Assembly (NCBI GenBank): GCA_013265495.1
Contig: MU058718.1
Span: 2,379,779-2,443,778, forward strand
Length of the DNA: 64,000 nt
DNA from: Vicugna vicugna
Taxonomy: Eukaryota
Reading direction: 5' to 3'
Each line of letters opens with the position of its first letter. The first letter of the stretch is position 1. The position numbers and the translations under genes are program-made. Below the pieces are notes generated by a model. That model was not told the DNA's origin. It saw only the letters and a list, made by a program, of their open reading frames with translations, and did not search any database. Of this stretch, positions 12,900 to 26,550 are shown piece by piece.

Positions 12900-13290
12900 A
12901 CACTGGACATCAGAACAAAACAGACAACAATCTCTACCTCCTGGAACTCACATTCTAGTGCAAGGACACAGACCATGAATGTTATAAATATGCCAACCTT
13001 GAGGTATGTTTCAGGTCGTTCACGTTGAAAAATGATACAGTAGAGTAAAGGGACTAGAGAGTGTAAGGGGGGTGGATTTTAAGAAGGGTGGTCACTGAAG
13101 GCCTCACTGAGAAGGTGTCACTGGCGTTAACATTTTGAAGGAGCTAAGGAAGTGAAGAGGTGAGCCGTGGCTGTCTGCGGGAAGAGCATTTATTCCCGGC
13201 AGAGACAGCAGACAGGGCCATGACCCTGAAATGGGAGCTTGCTAGTGTGGGCCAGCCACTCTGTGTTGTGCTGTATGGCTGGAGTTGAGC
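12900..13290 (-). mobile_element. LINE-2 fragment
   Basis: cctggaactcacattctagtg, gaaggcctcactgagaaggtg, ggaagagcatttattcccggcagag. Confidence 0.65.
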
Positions 13291-15334
13291 AGTGGGCACA
13301 GAGGTGGGAGGGGCATCGGGAGGGGAGAAGCGTTGTGCAGAGGGAAGATCTCTCTGATCAGCCATCTGCACTCCAACCCCAGTTTCACCACTTCACTCAA
13401 CCTCTCAGGGTGTTGGTTAGGGTGTTGTTTTAAAAACACAGTGATCAGGTTGTTTTCCCTCCATGTGGATTAGTCTCTTAATCCCCAATTCCTGTTACAA
13501 ACGATGTTAAATAGTAGTATTTTAACATGCTCAAGTAGATCAACTAAAGGCAAGAAATTATTTTAAAAAGTCCTCAGTGCTGATAACACAAGGTACCTGT
13601 GTTTCCTCACTTAGTATTTCTTTGCAGCCACTGTGGTTCACTGTAACTTAATGGAGAACACAGAAGACACGTAGAAGACAGGAATTTGACTCTCCCCAAT
13701 TTCCTTAGTTTTCCAAACTGGCACTTCACAGGAAGATGTGAACATCTGAGCTAGCATTTCCTCTCAGAAGTGGGCGTCCGACTCCCCAGTCACCATAATA
13801 GGTAGTAAAGAGAATGAAAATCTCTAGTTTACAGTTAAGCTTGCCTTTTATCGGAACACCTACTCACGCAAGGAAGATTCATTTTTACAGGTCAAAGGGT
13901 AGCACACCACAGTACTCAGCCCGCCGTGTTTTGGTTACTGTGTCTTTCATTTTACAAGTAACATGAGGACATTTATTTTTAAAAACATAAAAAGTTAATG
14001 TTGAGTTTTCAAAAGCTCTTTGGCTTGTTCCTCTGAGCTCTTTACAATGTGGACATGTTGAGTTTTCTAAGAGCTGAAAGATAGTCTCAACTATGTTTTC
14101 AAAGTTTAATTGTGCAGCTGTTGACTTTTTAAATGTTTAATTTATTGTGACGTATCAAGCACACTCTTAGGACTGAGATGAGTCTTGGACAGTTAATTGC
14201 AGCAAAAATATCATCTGATAACTAAAGGCAGTGAGTTCCATTCTCAAGGGAAAAATGACTCTTTAGGGTCCGACACTGACCCCTAGTTCCACATCGTCTC
14301 AGGGGCCCAGTCATTAACACAAAAGACCAGGCTTGGCTGGTAAGTTCAAAGCTCCCCATCTTAGTCTACAAAGCCAATCCAAGTGCTTACAGGCAAACGA
14401 TAATAAGAAACCAAATGGCTGTATGGTGTCGGGCAGCAAGGTCGGCACCATGATCGTAAGGGCATCTTATGAGGATGTCCTTTGCAACTCATTTCACTCT
14501 GGCATGCCCACTTTTCCTCTCTGTAAAGTAGAAAGCCGGTGCTTCTTTCATTTGTTGAAGTAAAGGTATGGCCCAGTTGCTAATAAAGCTTCGTAATCTC
14601 AGGTTGCATTAATGGAAAGATAATGTCCAGGTCAAGCCAGCAACTGACACATCAGCACTCACTACTGGTAAGACTGGTTTAGAGTTATTTCTCGGTGTTC
14701 GCTTCTGGCCCACATGTTACGTGAACACTGATAACCTGAATCAGATCTGGAGGAGGGCACCACAATGGTGAGGTGTCACCTAAGGCACAGGTGAAGACAG
14801 CTGGAATGTTTTGCCTAGAGAAGTCTTGGGCACTGGTGTCAGGAACATGAAAGCTCAAATGTGGCACGTGGCTGGAGTTCCTCTAGGGATCTTTAGAAGA
14901 CGATGTGATGAAATCTGCTCAGTTTCAGCTTTGTGGTAAGAGTTGTGTTTCCCAGCATTCAATATGCCCTGTTTGAATAACGCTTCAGGTGCTGTCCCCT
15001 CTCGCTGCCTTCCTTGGCTCCACTGAGAGGACAGGGGCCATGTTTTGTGTCCTGCTGTCTTTCTGTCTCTTTTGATCTCCTCTCTTTCATGCTTATACAA
15101 CCTCTACGTCGCCCCATGTGTGTCCATCTTCATTGCATTCTTTGAAATACAATGGAGTTTATCCCACACGTGTATCATCATCATCGTTTTTGACAGCTGC
15201 CCAGAGTTCATAGATACCATGACCCCAGCACCATGACCCACACCAAGAATGAGCAATCTGAGTCAGACATGTGTGAAGTGGTCCGAGGGGCCACTGAACT
15301 GGGTATCTAAGAAAATACTAACCCCAATCTTATT

Positions 15335-15500
15335 CGCATTTACGTGTCCAGGCACTGTGCTGAATGTCCTGCAGGCATTTATTCATTTAATCCTCTGAGT
15401 AATTATGGAGGTGGAAAATTGTATTATCCTAATTTTATAGACGAGGAAACTGAGAGACAGAGAGGCTAAATAACTCATTTGAGAACCCTTTCCCCCCAGC
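15335..15500 (-). mobile_element. MIR SINE
   Basis: Core ttttatagacgaggaaactgagagacagagaggctaaataact. Confidence 0.75.
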
Positions 15501-16359
15501 AGTCTGACACATCTTTAATATCCCCCTGGATAAATCTAGAGTTTGCTGAAGGGGGTAAGTTTGAGTGTGTGCATCAGAGATGACAAGGGCCAGTGGAGGG
15601 GGAGGGTACAGTCTATGCTAGGAAAAGCGTGCTCCCCGAGGGGATGAAGGGGGAAGAGTAAAGAGGAGGAAAGACAGGTCCTATGGTAGCAGAAAGGGCA
15701 ACAGGGACAGATGGCCCTGGGAGCCATACTTTGTCCACTTCTCCCATTTTGTTAATATTTGCTTTTCTCTTGGTATTTTTATTAGCATTTTTAACTATAC
15801 AGAATTGCTGCATTGCTATATATAATAAAATAAATAATATAAATAATATAATACTGATAATAGCTGTGATATTGGTAATAGCTGTGTAGACCCATTCCAG
15901 TTTATGTTAAATTTGGGGATATAACTTGCCCTCAGCACTTAATGAGGTTTTTCTCACCCCAGTGGTCCTTCTTAAAAGGCTTGGGCTCACTTCTAGACCA
16001 GGATCCATGGCTATCCCCCTGTTCTGCTTAGAAAGAGCTATTATGCTGTACCGCTGCGGGCAGGGAAAGCAGAAAGATGCTTCCTCTGAGCTCCTTTCTC
16101 TTCCATCATATAAACTGCCTCCGGGGTTGGATAAATGTAAGTGCTGAGACTCGGTGGGGGGGCAGGCAGGGTCTAGGGCAAATATTTTGGTAGAGGCATT
16201 GGTAGTATTTTACCCCTTTCCATACAGATGAGGCTGATTCCTATTCCCTAAACTTGCTGGAGGATATCCATTTGGAGTAGAAGGCAGGAAGAGGCTGCTC
16301 ACTTTGTGGTTTCAATTTTTGCGTTGGTGTGATTTTCAGGAGAGGGTATTATTAACCTG

Positions 16360-16780
16360 CTGATGCTAGATCTTCTTCATCTGCCCTCTAAATCTCCTCT
16401 CCCTCTGTACGGTGGCCTTCATGGTTCCCTTCACTCTCTGGATCACAGCTGGTTCAGCCAGTGGGAGGGTCGGCAGAAGAGCAGGAAGATTCCCTGGGAA
16501 GGCAGTCCCCTCCCTCCCTCCCTGTGGTTTGGTTGCAGCCGTGCTTCCCTACGTAGGGCCACAGCTTCTGCTGGGTGGCAGCTTATAGAGCTTTCACTGC
16601 TCCTCCCTTGTCCCTTCAGGCCTGGGAGTCGTAACAGCTTCCAAGGAGGTACCTTTCTCCATCCCTTGCTGACTCCCTAAGCCCCGCCCATCCCTCTGTA
16701 ACTATTCCTTTCCTTCAACAGCCTTCAGTTACCCTTCTGAGTGTGCCATCTCTTTCTGCTACAATCACCACCGATATGTT
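16360..16780 (+). mobile_element. Old ERVL LTR (LTR33-like)
   Basis: cccttgtcccttcaggcctggg...tgagtgtgccatctctttctgct end motif. Confidence 0.5.
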
Positions 16781-19134
16781 TGACTTGGCCGATTTTAAAA
16801 AATGGAATGCAAAGACCACAGGATTAAACCGCCCAAACTGACCTTTAATAGCACATACATTTTATAGGAAATACAAAAATATAATTCAAGAAAATTTACT
16901 TAGAGTAAAAATCACAAAATCCACCAGAAAAAACAAGTAACTTTCTGAAATAAAAATTAATGCCCAATACATGGCCTTTTTCCCATGCATGAGTTAGACG
17001 ACAGCTTTTATGAACTGCTGAAGATAACATTTATTTCCACAGTGTGTATTTCAGGTGATCAAATGCTTTGTAAATTTAAAAAAAAATCAGTTCTAAAGCT
17101 ATGAGTATAATGATTGGAGGTATGCTTTAAATGTGCACTCAGAGAGGAATTCCAATGGAGTTGTGTCTCGTAAAAGCAGAAGATGGTCATGAGGAGTAGG
17201 CACTGTAGGTCCACATTTATAAATGATCATTCACGGGGAAGACTGTTTCTCTATCTGTGAATGACTCAAGTGGGGGCTTTTCTCAAATTCAGAAAACCAT
17301 TATATTTGGCTTAAACCATTAGGTTTGGCTAAGGGAAGTAAACAAACCGCTACTTAAGTGTGAGCTAATTGTCTTCCCCTGTCTTTCAAAGTCATCAAAT
17401 TCTAAATTGAAGATGTTTTTTTCTTGGTTCAAAGCAGAGCTGACATTGCATTCACATGAGGACAATTCTTCTTTCAAAGTGCGTTGAGGTGAGCAGTCAG
17501 GGGCACCTAGAGCTGAACTGAATCACACTGAGAACGGAGTGATGTGGATGGGGCTTGCCCTCCCCCTGCCCACCAGCGTGGCGGTTTGAGGTTGGTGCTG
17601 TTTCCACAGCTTTGGTCTGGCTCTAAGTTGCTATGGGTCTAGACTACTTTGAGATTCAAGTCTTTTGGAGGCTTTCTATGGTTTCTAAGCAAACTCAGGC
17701 CCCATCAGGCTCTTTGGAGATTCAAGGCCACAATTTAGTATCAGAATTTCCCAGTTTTCTCTTGGGAAAGATGACCTGGGGCTTCAGTGAACCATCCAGA
17801 AACAATTCAGCTCAGGGCAGACAGCTCTGGCCCATCCCATTTCTGGACACCTAAAGTTAGGGCTGGCATTCTGAATTGAAAATTCACTATAGCTTTTTCC
17901 CCTTCTCATTCCACTGGCCGTCAGGGACAAAGAATAAAATCTATGTCTTCTTTCATCACAATTTAGTTCTCTGATATACCAGGCTAATTTCTGTTTTTTA
18001 AATTAAACTTGAAAATGAATCTGTAAACTAAAACAGGTGTGTCTGATGCAATGTGATTTTTAAAAAGGAAATATTTATATATCCAATCTAAGTAACTTTT
18101 TCTGTTACCTGAAATTGCCTTTAATAGTAAGTGACTGACTATTACTTTTACTGTATAGATTATGACTATTACGGAAGGAACTTTTAATTCCTTCTATGTG
18201 TCAATGCAAATGAAAGAACAGGATTTAATTACTTAACTCAGTCCAAGAAACAGGCGTACACTAAGAAACAAAGCTCTGGAAATCTACCAGTTCTTAAATA
18301 AACGGTTTAAATCCTTATATTTTGGGCCCGCAGAATGAATCATTTTGTCCCCACCATTGGTATTATGTCCCAGTTTGTGCTTTTCTTTGCTTTTTTTTTA
18401 AGTTCTCAGGCATTATTCCAGAATTTTGGGGGTGGTGAGGTAGGGTAAATGATTGTAGTTAACATTTTCATCTGGAGGAAAAAGAAGTCATCTGATAAAA
18501 GAAATCAATCTTCCAGATTCAAAGAAACTTCAGAATTTTATGTTTAGGAATTACCCATGAGCCTAGTTAGTCCTATTTAGAACAATTTCTTAACTTTAGA
18601 ATACTTGATGGACAGGGAAGATTTATTTATACGTCCAGATTTTAGCTAAGTTAAATTTTGCCTGGTTTGTTTAAATTAGTAGAAAAGCATACCGTTTATT
18701 TATTCTTTTTAAAATAAGGGCTGATTTGACATAGATTGTGTCAAAATACACTGACTTCTAGATTGGTTTGGAATCACTTGCAAGTGATGATCTAATCTGA
18801 TAACTACTTATAGGAAATGGTTTTACGTAAGCAACTCAATGAGGGTTTGGAAAAAACTAACCTTTTTTTTTTTTAAATAACAGCTATGTTGTAATAACAC
18901 TGCAAAAAAATAAGGTGGTTCCACTATTTTGAAGAACATGCTATAAGGGAAAAAAACCCCTCTAATGCCAAGTACTGTATTGAATATTTTAAATTCTAAT
19001 TTACAATGCAACCATAATTTTAAAAACCTGCCAAATTAAAAAAAAATTCTAGTTTTATCTCTTGTTTAAAAAACTATTATATCTACACTAATTATAAAAT
19101 GCTATTTGCCAGGGATTCATCAAATACTATTCCA

Positions 19135-20287
19135 ATTTCAAATTTTTCTTTTATAGTTTATGTTTGTAACATTTCAGATCAGTTTACACTGTAACTAAGA
19201 TATGATTAAACAGTGCAAATTCACTGAAATATTTTGATGCCAAATTTCCACCATCCCAAATATTTAGATTTAGAAATATATTAAGACATGACTCACTGTT
19301 ACATGATTTCCTATATAGTATGAGTCAAGCCATGTTTCCTAGATAAAAATATAGACACGTAGATGAATTTTGCTACAACACAGTCATCTTATAAAGTGGA
19401 TGTTAGTCATGGCCTCAACGTTGGGATTAAAAATTATAGTGTATCTGAAGAATTGCCCAGATTTTTCAGTTTTTAATCCTAATATTTGGCTTCATAGCTG
19501 CATATACCTTTCCCTGAAAATAGAATGAAGAGTATTAATTGGAATTCTCTCTCTTAATAGCCTACTATTTATTGTTGAGAGGAAAATTCCTAGTCTTCTT
19601 GGTTACAAGTAGCACAATGGACATTATAAAATAAATAACCTGACATTCTGACACACAGCTTCTGGCGGACTGGTAAAAAGGCTGATGTTAACCAGCTGAG
19701 TCCACTCTTTCAGGAGTAATACTGTCATGATGAGAGACTACTCCCACATACACAAACGTTACAGTACAAAGTACCTGTGATTTTCAAACTCATTGTTAAG
19801 CAGTAACGGGACACCAGGCTTGGTTGCTTCCACATACCCACTTCCTAGAGAATATGTAAGACGTTTTATCTGGTCTGACTGTACACTGCATGTTTATAAT
19901 GGTACTAGCCTAGAAGATTAAAATAGAAAACACAGTGACTTTTAGGGGTTTTAAACAAATTACAAAACCACATGCTCTCATTCAACAGGAAAGCTGACAT
20001 CAAAAGGCACTGGATCTTAAGTGCTGTTGGTTGTTCTTCTAAAGGCCATGGAACATGCTCACTGAGGGTAGGTTTTACAGATCCTTCTGACACCTTCCAT
20101 AAAGTGCCTCGTCAGCATGTCTGGAGCCCACGCCACTGCTGAAATGCTTTTTTCACTCTGTTTTATCAGGGTAGCTTCAGTGTGTTTAAAAACTAACTTT
20201 TTCCCATTTTGCCAAGGAAACATTTCAAAATGATCTTCCAGAGGCTGGCTAATAAGCACTCCTTAATTGCTGTCCTCAAGGGTCAGC
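19135..20287 (-). other. PTGER2: PTGER2 3' UTR, proximal extent (may extend to about 16820)
   Basis: Repeat-free AT-rich sequence after the stop; candidate minus-strand poly(A) signals AATAAA 19573-19568, CATAAA 19162-19157 and TATAAA 19155-19150. The end point is inferred. Confidence 0.55.
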
Positions 20288-20506
20288 CTATTTACCGACA
20301 TTCAACTGAGCAGAACGGGAAGTTTGTGTTGCATCTTGTGCTCTTAATGAAACCCGACAACAGAGGACTGAACGCATGAGTCTCAGAACAGGAGGCCTCA
20401 GGATGGCAAAGACCCAAGGGTCGATTATTGAATTAACTGATAAAAATCTAAGAGCTTGGAGGTACCACTTTTCTTTTCGGGAGGTTTCATTCATATATGC
20501 AAAAAT
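20288..20506 (-). CDS. PTGER2: Prostaglandin E2 receptor EP2, last coding exon (72 aa plus TAG)
   Basis: Polypyrimidine tract and acceptor ttccttcctacAG/ATT; translates IFAYMNETSRKEKWYLQALRFLSVNSIIDPWVFAILRPPVLRLMRSVLCCR..., with the TM7 Arg and DPW motif of prostanoid receptors. Confidence 0.96.
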   Translation of the reverse strand: MFAYMNETSRKEKWYLQALRFLSVNSIIDPWVFAILRPPVLRLMRSVLCCRVSLRAQDATQTSRSAQLNVGK

Positions 20507-20799
20507 CTGTAGGAAGGAAAAGAGAGAGGATGTTAGCTTTACCTTGCTGCAGTGGACAGGCTTAGACCATTCGCAATTTCTTAAGACTGGAAAGCAAACT
20601 GTGTTTTGTGTGTGGTTGTGGTGGTGAGAGTGGGTAGCAGGTCTCACACCTCTCGCACGTGTTTATTCCTCACGAATACTCTGAAACCCAAGTATTGTCT
20701 CCTTTCAACAGATGAAGAAGGAAGCTTCAGGACAGATAATAACACCATGTTGCATTTACTTCCAAATACTGAGTCTGCTTTAATGGTCACAGTTCAGTG

Positions 20800-21150
20800 A
20801 GACAGGGGCACACAGAGCGTGTGTTCTGGCCATAGGACTGCCTGGGTTTGAATCCGGCTCCATGTAGAGCTTTGGGACCATAGGTTAGAAAACTAACCTC
20901 TTTGTGCCTCAGTTTCTACATCTTTAAAATGGGTGATAATAATAACAATACCTACTTCCTAGGGTTGCTGGGAGGATGACAGGAAGCCATCTATGTCAGC
21001 TACTTCAGTAAGTGCCCTGAGTGTTAGTTGTTAATAGAGCCATTTTACCAATGAGGACGCCGTGGTGCAGAGAAGTTTAAGTGACTTGCCTGAGTTCTTG
21101 GGGCTGGTTAGTGGCCGACTCAGGGCATAAATTCCAATCCCCCTGACAGC
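20800..21150. mobile_element. Two adjacent MIR SINEs in opposite orientation
   Basis: Plus core gtgcctcagtttctacatctttaaaatggg, then reverse core cattttaccaatgagg...aagtgacttgcc. Confidence 0.7.
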
Positions 21151-22504
21151 AGAGCAGTGCTGACCATGTGCTACATCCAGGTTGCCCATATTAGAGCAAA
21201 GGTCTTCAGAACAATGCCCTAAACACTGGAAAGCTGACACATCTTCACACGTTGGCCAATGTTTTCAAAGCGGTACAATGGCCCTCATCTGGTTTCTTAC
21301 ATATTTAGAGAAGAACACAACTTTTTGGTCAGATTGAAAAAAATGAAACAGTACATGCTTGATAAACATCAAACACGTCCACACAGCTTACAGAAAGGAG
21401 GGAAACATGTAAAGCACACGCAGTCATTTAAAACTGGTCCTTCATAAAACTCCAGGAACTTTCTCACCAAAGTAGCCAGTGAGTTAGAGAGCTATTCCTT
21501 CTGCCCTCCATTCCCCTTGCCAGAAGGAATGGTTTATTTCCTTTTTGCCTGGTACTTACTCTGCAGGCATCTGGCAACTGGGCATACAAAGCAAACTGCA
21601 GGGAGGGAGAGCAGTCACCTTTGGGTTGCTTACGTTAGGGCAATATCGGGAAGGTTTGGCAGCCATAGGTGTTTATGCCAGAGAATGTTGGCTTAGAGAA
21701 TGGAGAAAAGACTTGGCAGATGAGTAAGGGAAAAAAAGGACCTGTTGGTGGACTTCCCTGATTACAGAGAGAAGAGAAAAGTTAGGTGGGGACAGGCAAT
21801 GGAGCAATACTCTTCTTGTCAGCAAAACTTTTGGATGAGAAATATACAGTACTTATATGGCATATTTAAGGAGTGATTTTGGAGTTTAGGAATTCAGGAT
21901 AATAGTGTCCATAAATCCAATAGATTAAAATATATTAGCCACTACTCTCCCCCCAACACACACACAGACACACACACATACAACTGAGCATTCTGCTCTA
22001 TAAAAAGTCTGTGGCTTAATTTACAATCTAATTTCGCCAAAGAATATAACACTGAACTGGCTAGCCCAATGGGCCGTGTGGGAGGGCTCAGCACTCTAGT
22101 GTCAAGGGTCACACATGAAGATGAGTCAGGTTTTCAATGACGAATAACCCACACCAGCTCCTGATCTTTTTAGTGTGTGGCAGACCAATGAGAAGTGAAA
22201 AATGGTTTTAGAGGATGAAGCAATCCTGTACTATTTGTACTATTTTCTTCCTTTCCTTTTCTTTTACTATGCTGACTAATTTTTAGAGATGCTTAAAATT
22301 TGCATTTCAGAAAGTGGCCAATATGTTGTAGAAGACAACTTCTTCTTTTGCACTTGGAAAAGAGACATACTTCAGAGACCCTTGAAGTTCTTGATAAAAG
22401 TTTCATCTTCTCTTCCCTCCCCATTATTTTTTCTTTGGTTCTTGTCTTTTGCCTAGAGTTCACCATTTTTGATCTTGTGGACCCTGGGTTTGCTTGGTTT
22501 TTCT

Positions 22505-23225
22505 TAGTGCAAATTATACATAGCATAAAATTTACCATTTTAACCATTTTCAAGTGTCATTAAGCACATTCACATTGTTGTGCAACTCTATATGGTTTAT
22601 ATTTTTACTTTTTGTATATTATGATGTTTTGACCTAGTGAAAACCTTTCTGGCTGGGGAGAGACTGCCCCCTACCAATTCTTAGAGAGAGCCAAGGGCCC
22701 ACCCTGGAGCAATTCTCTGACATGCAGACTAATCAATCCAGAGCTTCTCAGTCTGGCCCTGGACCCCAGGAGGCAGCATTCCTTGGCTTTAATCATTCCA
22801 GGGCCCTGGCCCCAGGCAACTTTGAGCCACCCCTGCAGTATAGAGCTTGCAGAAATGATTCAAAATAGCCAGTTCTCAACTGTTCATGCTACCCTGCTTT
22901 GCCTTTCCCTTGGAAACGAACAGAGGCCACGACCCAGCTCTCCCCTAGCTCCTGCTCCTTCTGTCTCCTGACCTGCACTAGCACTTGCCCACGTGGCCCT
23001 GTATTCTGCAGTGCTTCCTGCTTCTCAGACCTGGGAGGATGATAACCTTGTTTCCCTGAGTGTCTCCTGTCTCCTCTATGGCTGCACCTGACTGACCATC
23101 ACACAAAAGAACACGGAAAAATAAGTGTAACCATCATCCATCTCCAGAACTTTCTTCATCTTCCCAAACTGAAACTCTGTACCCATTAAACAATAACTCC
23201 ATCTTCCCCTCTCCCTCCAGCCAAT
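22505..23225 (-). mobile_element. L1MB-like 3' terminal fragment split by an ERV1-type LTR (about 22590-23120)
   Basis: L1 tail taaaatttaccattttaacc...cattgttgtgcaac resumes at 23127 (aaccatcatccatctccagaac...ctgaaactctgtacccattaaac); the intervening piece has MER34/MER39-like motifs (ctggggagagactgcccc, ccaattcttagaga). Confidence 0.65.
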
Positions 23226-23619
23226 CCTGGATTTTCATTAAAGGCTGACACAATGGCTATAAGTCAATCGATTAATAAGGTTTCATTGATATTCTGGAAT
23301 TCAGCTTCAGAGGCTGGTAGAATTTACACATGTTCTGGCACATGCTACTAATAAATTTGCTGTGAGAAAAATACCAAGTACTAATGCATACCAGTTTAGT
23401 GAGTTTTAATTCCTTACAACAGACTCTCTCTACAGGGATTTGCCAAGAATATAGAGCTTGCTGAGATGCCTATAAAGTGGCACAGGTGAAAATCAGTGTT
23501 CTTTAGATTTATCTTCTAGAGAATTCTTGCAGTCTCCATGGAAAACTTCATCTTGGCACCAACCTGTTACTGTTTGTTTCAGCTACCTATTTAAGGTGGA
23601 AACCTCTAATGCAACAACA

Positions 23620-23815
23620 TAGTGGGTTCAAAATTTTAGAGCAAATGAGAACTTTATTTGGTTGCTCTCTGAAATCACCTGAGGATTATTAAAAATACTC
23701 TGATGGCTTGCTACGCCCCTCTCAGAGACTCTGATTTAATTAGTCTAGGCTGTAATCTGGCCTTCAGAGTTTTTGGAGTCCCCAGGTCATTCAGTATGCA
23801 GCCAAAGTTCATAAT
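23620..23815. mobile_element. MER5A-like hAT-Charlie element
   Basis: aatcacctgagg...cagagactctgatttaattagtctagg...tccccaggtcattcagtatgcagccaaagtt. Confidence 0.65.
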
Positions 23816-25769
23816 CATGGCTTTTGCCCCTTACTAAGCACCTGAAATAGTTTAAAATTATTCATGTATCATACTTAAAAATAAAAGACCCACCAAGGCC
23901 TGGCCAATTAACAAATGACTTGGAGCTTCCAGAATCCAGTTCCTGATCATTAATATCCAATCTGATTTTCCTTCGGAAACTGAATCCTATGGAGAGAGTA
24001 GCTAATATTTACTGAATACCTATGTGTGCCAGGCATGGTGCTAAGCAGTTTATGTCTTATTCTGCTGAATACTCTCATAAATCTGTAAAGTATTATTACT
24101 TCTGTTTTACTAAAGAGGAGATCAAGACTTCGAAGGTTAGTTACCCTGCCCCCATATCACATTGCAGGTAAGTAGGGAAGCCATGGAGTCACAAGCAGTG
24201 GGACCCAGCCTTTCCCCTTAGCCACCACACACTCCGGCACCACCTGTATAAAAAGCCTGTGATGTACATCTCCCATGAAATTTGCCACTGACTGATTATG
24301 GGTTGTAGGAGACTTCTTTTTGAAGGTGTCACAAAAATTTATGGGTATCATTGCTCCTGTTTATAGACTTCAAAGCCATGGTTATATCTTAGTACCTACT
24401 TGGCTTTCTTTGGGGCTTTTCTTTCCTTCATATTTTCCACAACTAAATTGCAGGCAATAACGATCAACTTGACCAATGGTGTAGATATAATACACCATTT
24501 CTCTTTTGGGAAAAGGACTGTATTTCTTCCTGTTTAACTTTTAAAAACTCAATGTAATTATCTGTTCTCACAACCACTATTTCATACTATCAAATGGCAA
24601 AGGAAAAGGTGTCAAGTGAAAACACTCTGACAGAGGAACTTTCTCCTAAGAGGTAAGGTATATTAAAACAATTTCAACAGACCCCAAGCAATCATGGATG
24701 ATGTATGAATGATAAAGGGCCTTCCATAATGTGTGGATATTAACTCAAAATGTCACCAGGCAAAGTTCATTGTGGTTATGCAGAGGTTTCTGGATTTCTC
24801 TTCCATCCCTACTAGAATTGTGATGTGTGTGTATGTAATCCACAAATTTCCTATCAGTTTTATAACCCCCATTCATGTTCCACTTTACATAAAGAGAACC
24901 AGGAATGAGTAGGAAACACCAGTATTGTTTACTCGAGTTTGTTCTGTATTTCAAAGATCAGATTCTACTAATCAGATTTACCTAGAAATTATAGCCCTAA
25001 AGAATTTCTAAAGATGAAGACATTTTTAGAATGAGTCAGTGGTTCACTCTTGAAATTTTAGAACTGAATAAAATGCGTAATAAGCACTTTATCTTAATGG
25101 CATGTGGAAAACAGTTTAAAATGAACAGAAGCTATCCAGTTATTAGTAGAGTAGTGAGAAAGCGACTTTATGTGGGCTGGAAATTAAGATATAAACAGTA
25201 TCTGAGCCAAGAATGGAAGTCTGATGTATTTCCTGTGTGCTGTTCCATTTCAGGAAGAAAGTTTCTATTTATCTCTGTGAAATGATGACAACAGCTGATT
25301 AACATAAGGAGAAATTTATTAACTTATATACTATTCCTTTGGTGTATAAACAGTTTGGAATATGTTGTTGGTCCTTTCCATGATTTTATATTGGACAGCC
25401 AAAATAATGCTTTAAACAAGTCAATTAATAAATGTCCTATGTATACAAACAGAAGATTTTATGTGAGGGATAATCTGATTATTTCTTAATTTAGACCAGC
25501 ATTTATACCAGCTGATCTCCTAAAATGTCAGTCTCAGCGTTTCAACGCACAGCTCTGTGCAGAAGAAAAAAGAAACCACACCTGAGGCCCCAGCTCAGAC
25601 CCCTTGATCTGATGTGGGAAAAAAGTCTTTGCTAGTTTATCTTTAAAGCGAAAAGCTGAAATTAAGAGACAAAGTGGTCCAGATATTTATAACATTTTCA
25701 CAATTCTCTTGTGAAATCTTGGACTAATCCTCTCAACGTGTTATCCCTGAAATGAGGACTATCTCTCTG

Positions 25770-25975
25770 ATAGTACTGTGGTTAAGAGCACAGGCTGTGT
25801 GCTTAAACTGCCTGGCTTTGAGTCTCGGCTCCATAACTCACTAGCTGTGGGACCCAGGGTAAGTTATTTGCCTCATTTGTAAAATGGAAATAAAAATGCT
25901 ATCTATTTTATAGATTGTTGTGAAGATAATGGGTTAATGTATGTAAAAGTTAGCACTCAAAAATGTTCGTCATTT
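25770..25975 (+). mobile_element. MIR SINE
   Basis: gtggttaagagcacaggct...cactagctgtgggacccagggtaagtta...tttgtaaaatgg. Confidence 0.75.
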
Positions 25976-26369
25976 TGATGCTGATATGGTAGTTGAAGCT
26001 AAACTTCATTACAGGGTGTTGGGCATCTTACATTGTGAGTTTCACTTCGCAAACTTTGGGAGAGCTAGGTTGGCATTTGTGGAGGCAGTAATTGTAACCT
26101 TCCCACTCCTTGGGACAATGACTGACATCAGGTCTCAGTTCAGGTTTCCTAAGTTCCCACTTCCCCCGTCCCCTTATTCCTAGAGTGCTGAGTAGGCTGG
26201 TGTCCCACTGGGTACACAGCTGTGGGCGCTCCTTGCTGGGCCAGTGGTGTGGCCCACTTTGAGGGCCACAGAAAGCAGTTCTGTTATCCCAAGGAAGGAA
26301 GAGGCAGAGACAGGGTAGATGGCTGGTATCTTCTGGGACACAGGAAGAAAATTATTTGGAATAGCTCAT

Positions 26370-26550
26370 TAATAATTATTTTACATTGATCACATTTTAT
26401 ATTGATAATATTTTAGATCTATTGGGGTAAATAAAATACATCAATAATTTCATCTGTTTCTTTTTACTTTTTGTTATCTGACTACTAGAAAACTTGAACT
26501 TCCTTATGTGGCTCCTGTTTGTGGCTCCTGTTGTATTCCTGTTGGGCTGT
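26370..26550. mobile_element. MER33-like hAT fragment
   Basis: gataatattttagatctattggggtaaataaaatac...ctactagaaaactt...tatgtggctc. Confidence 0.6.
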
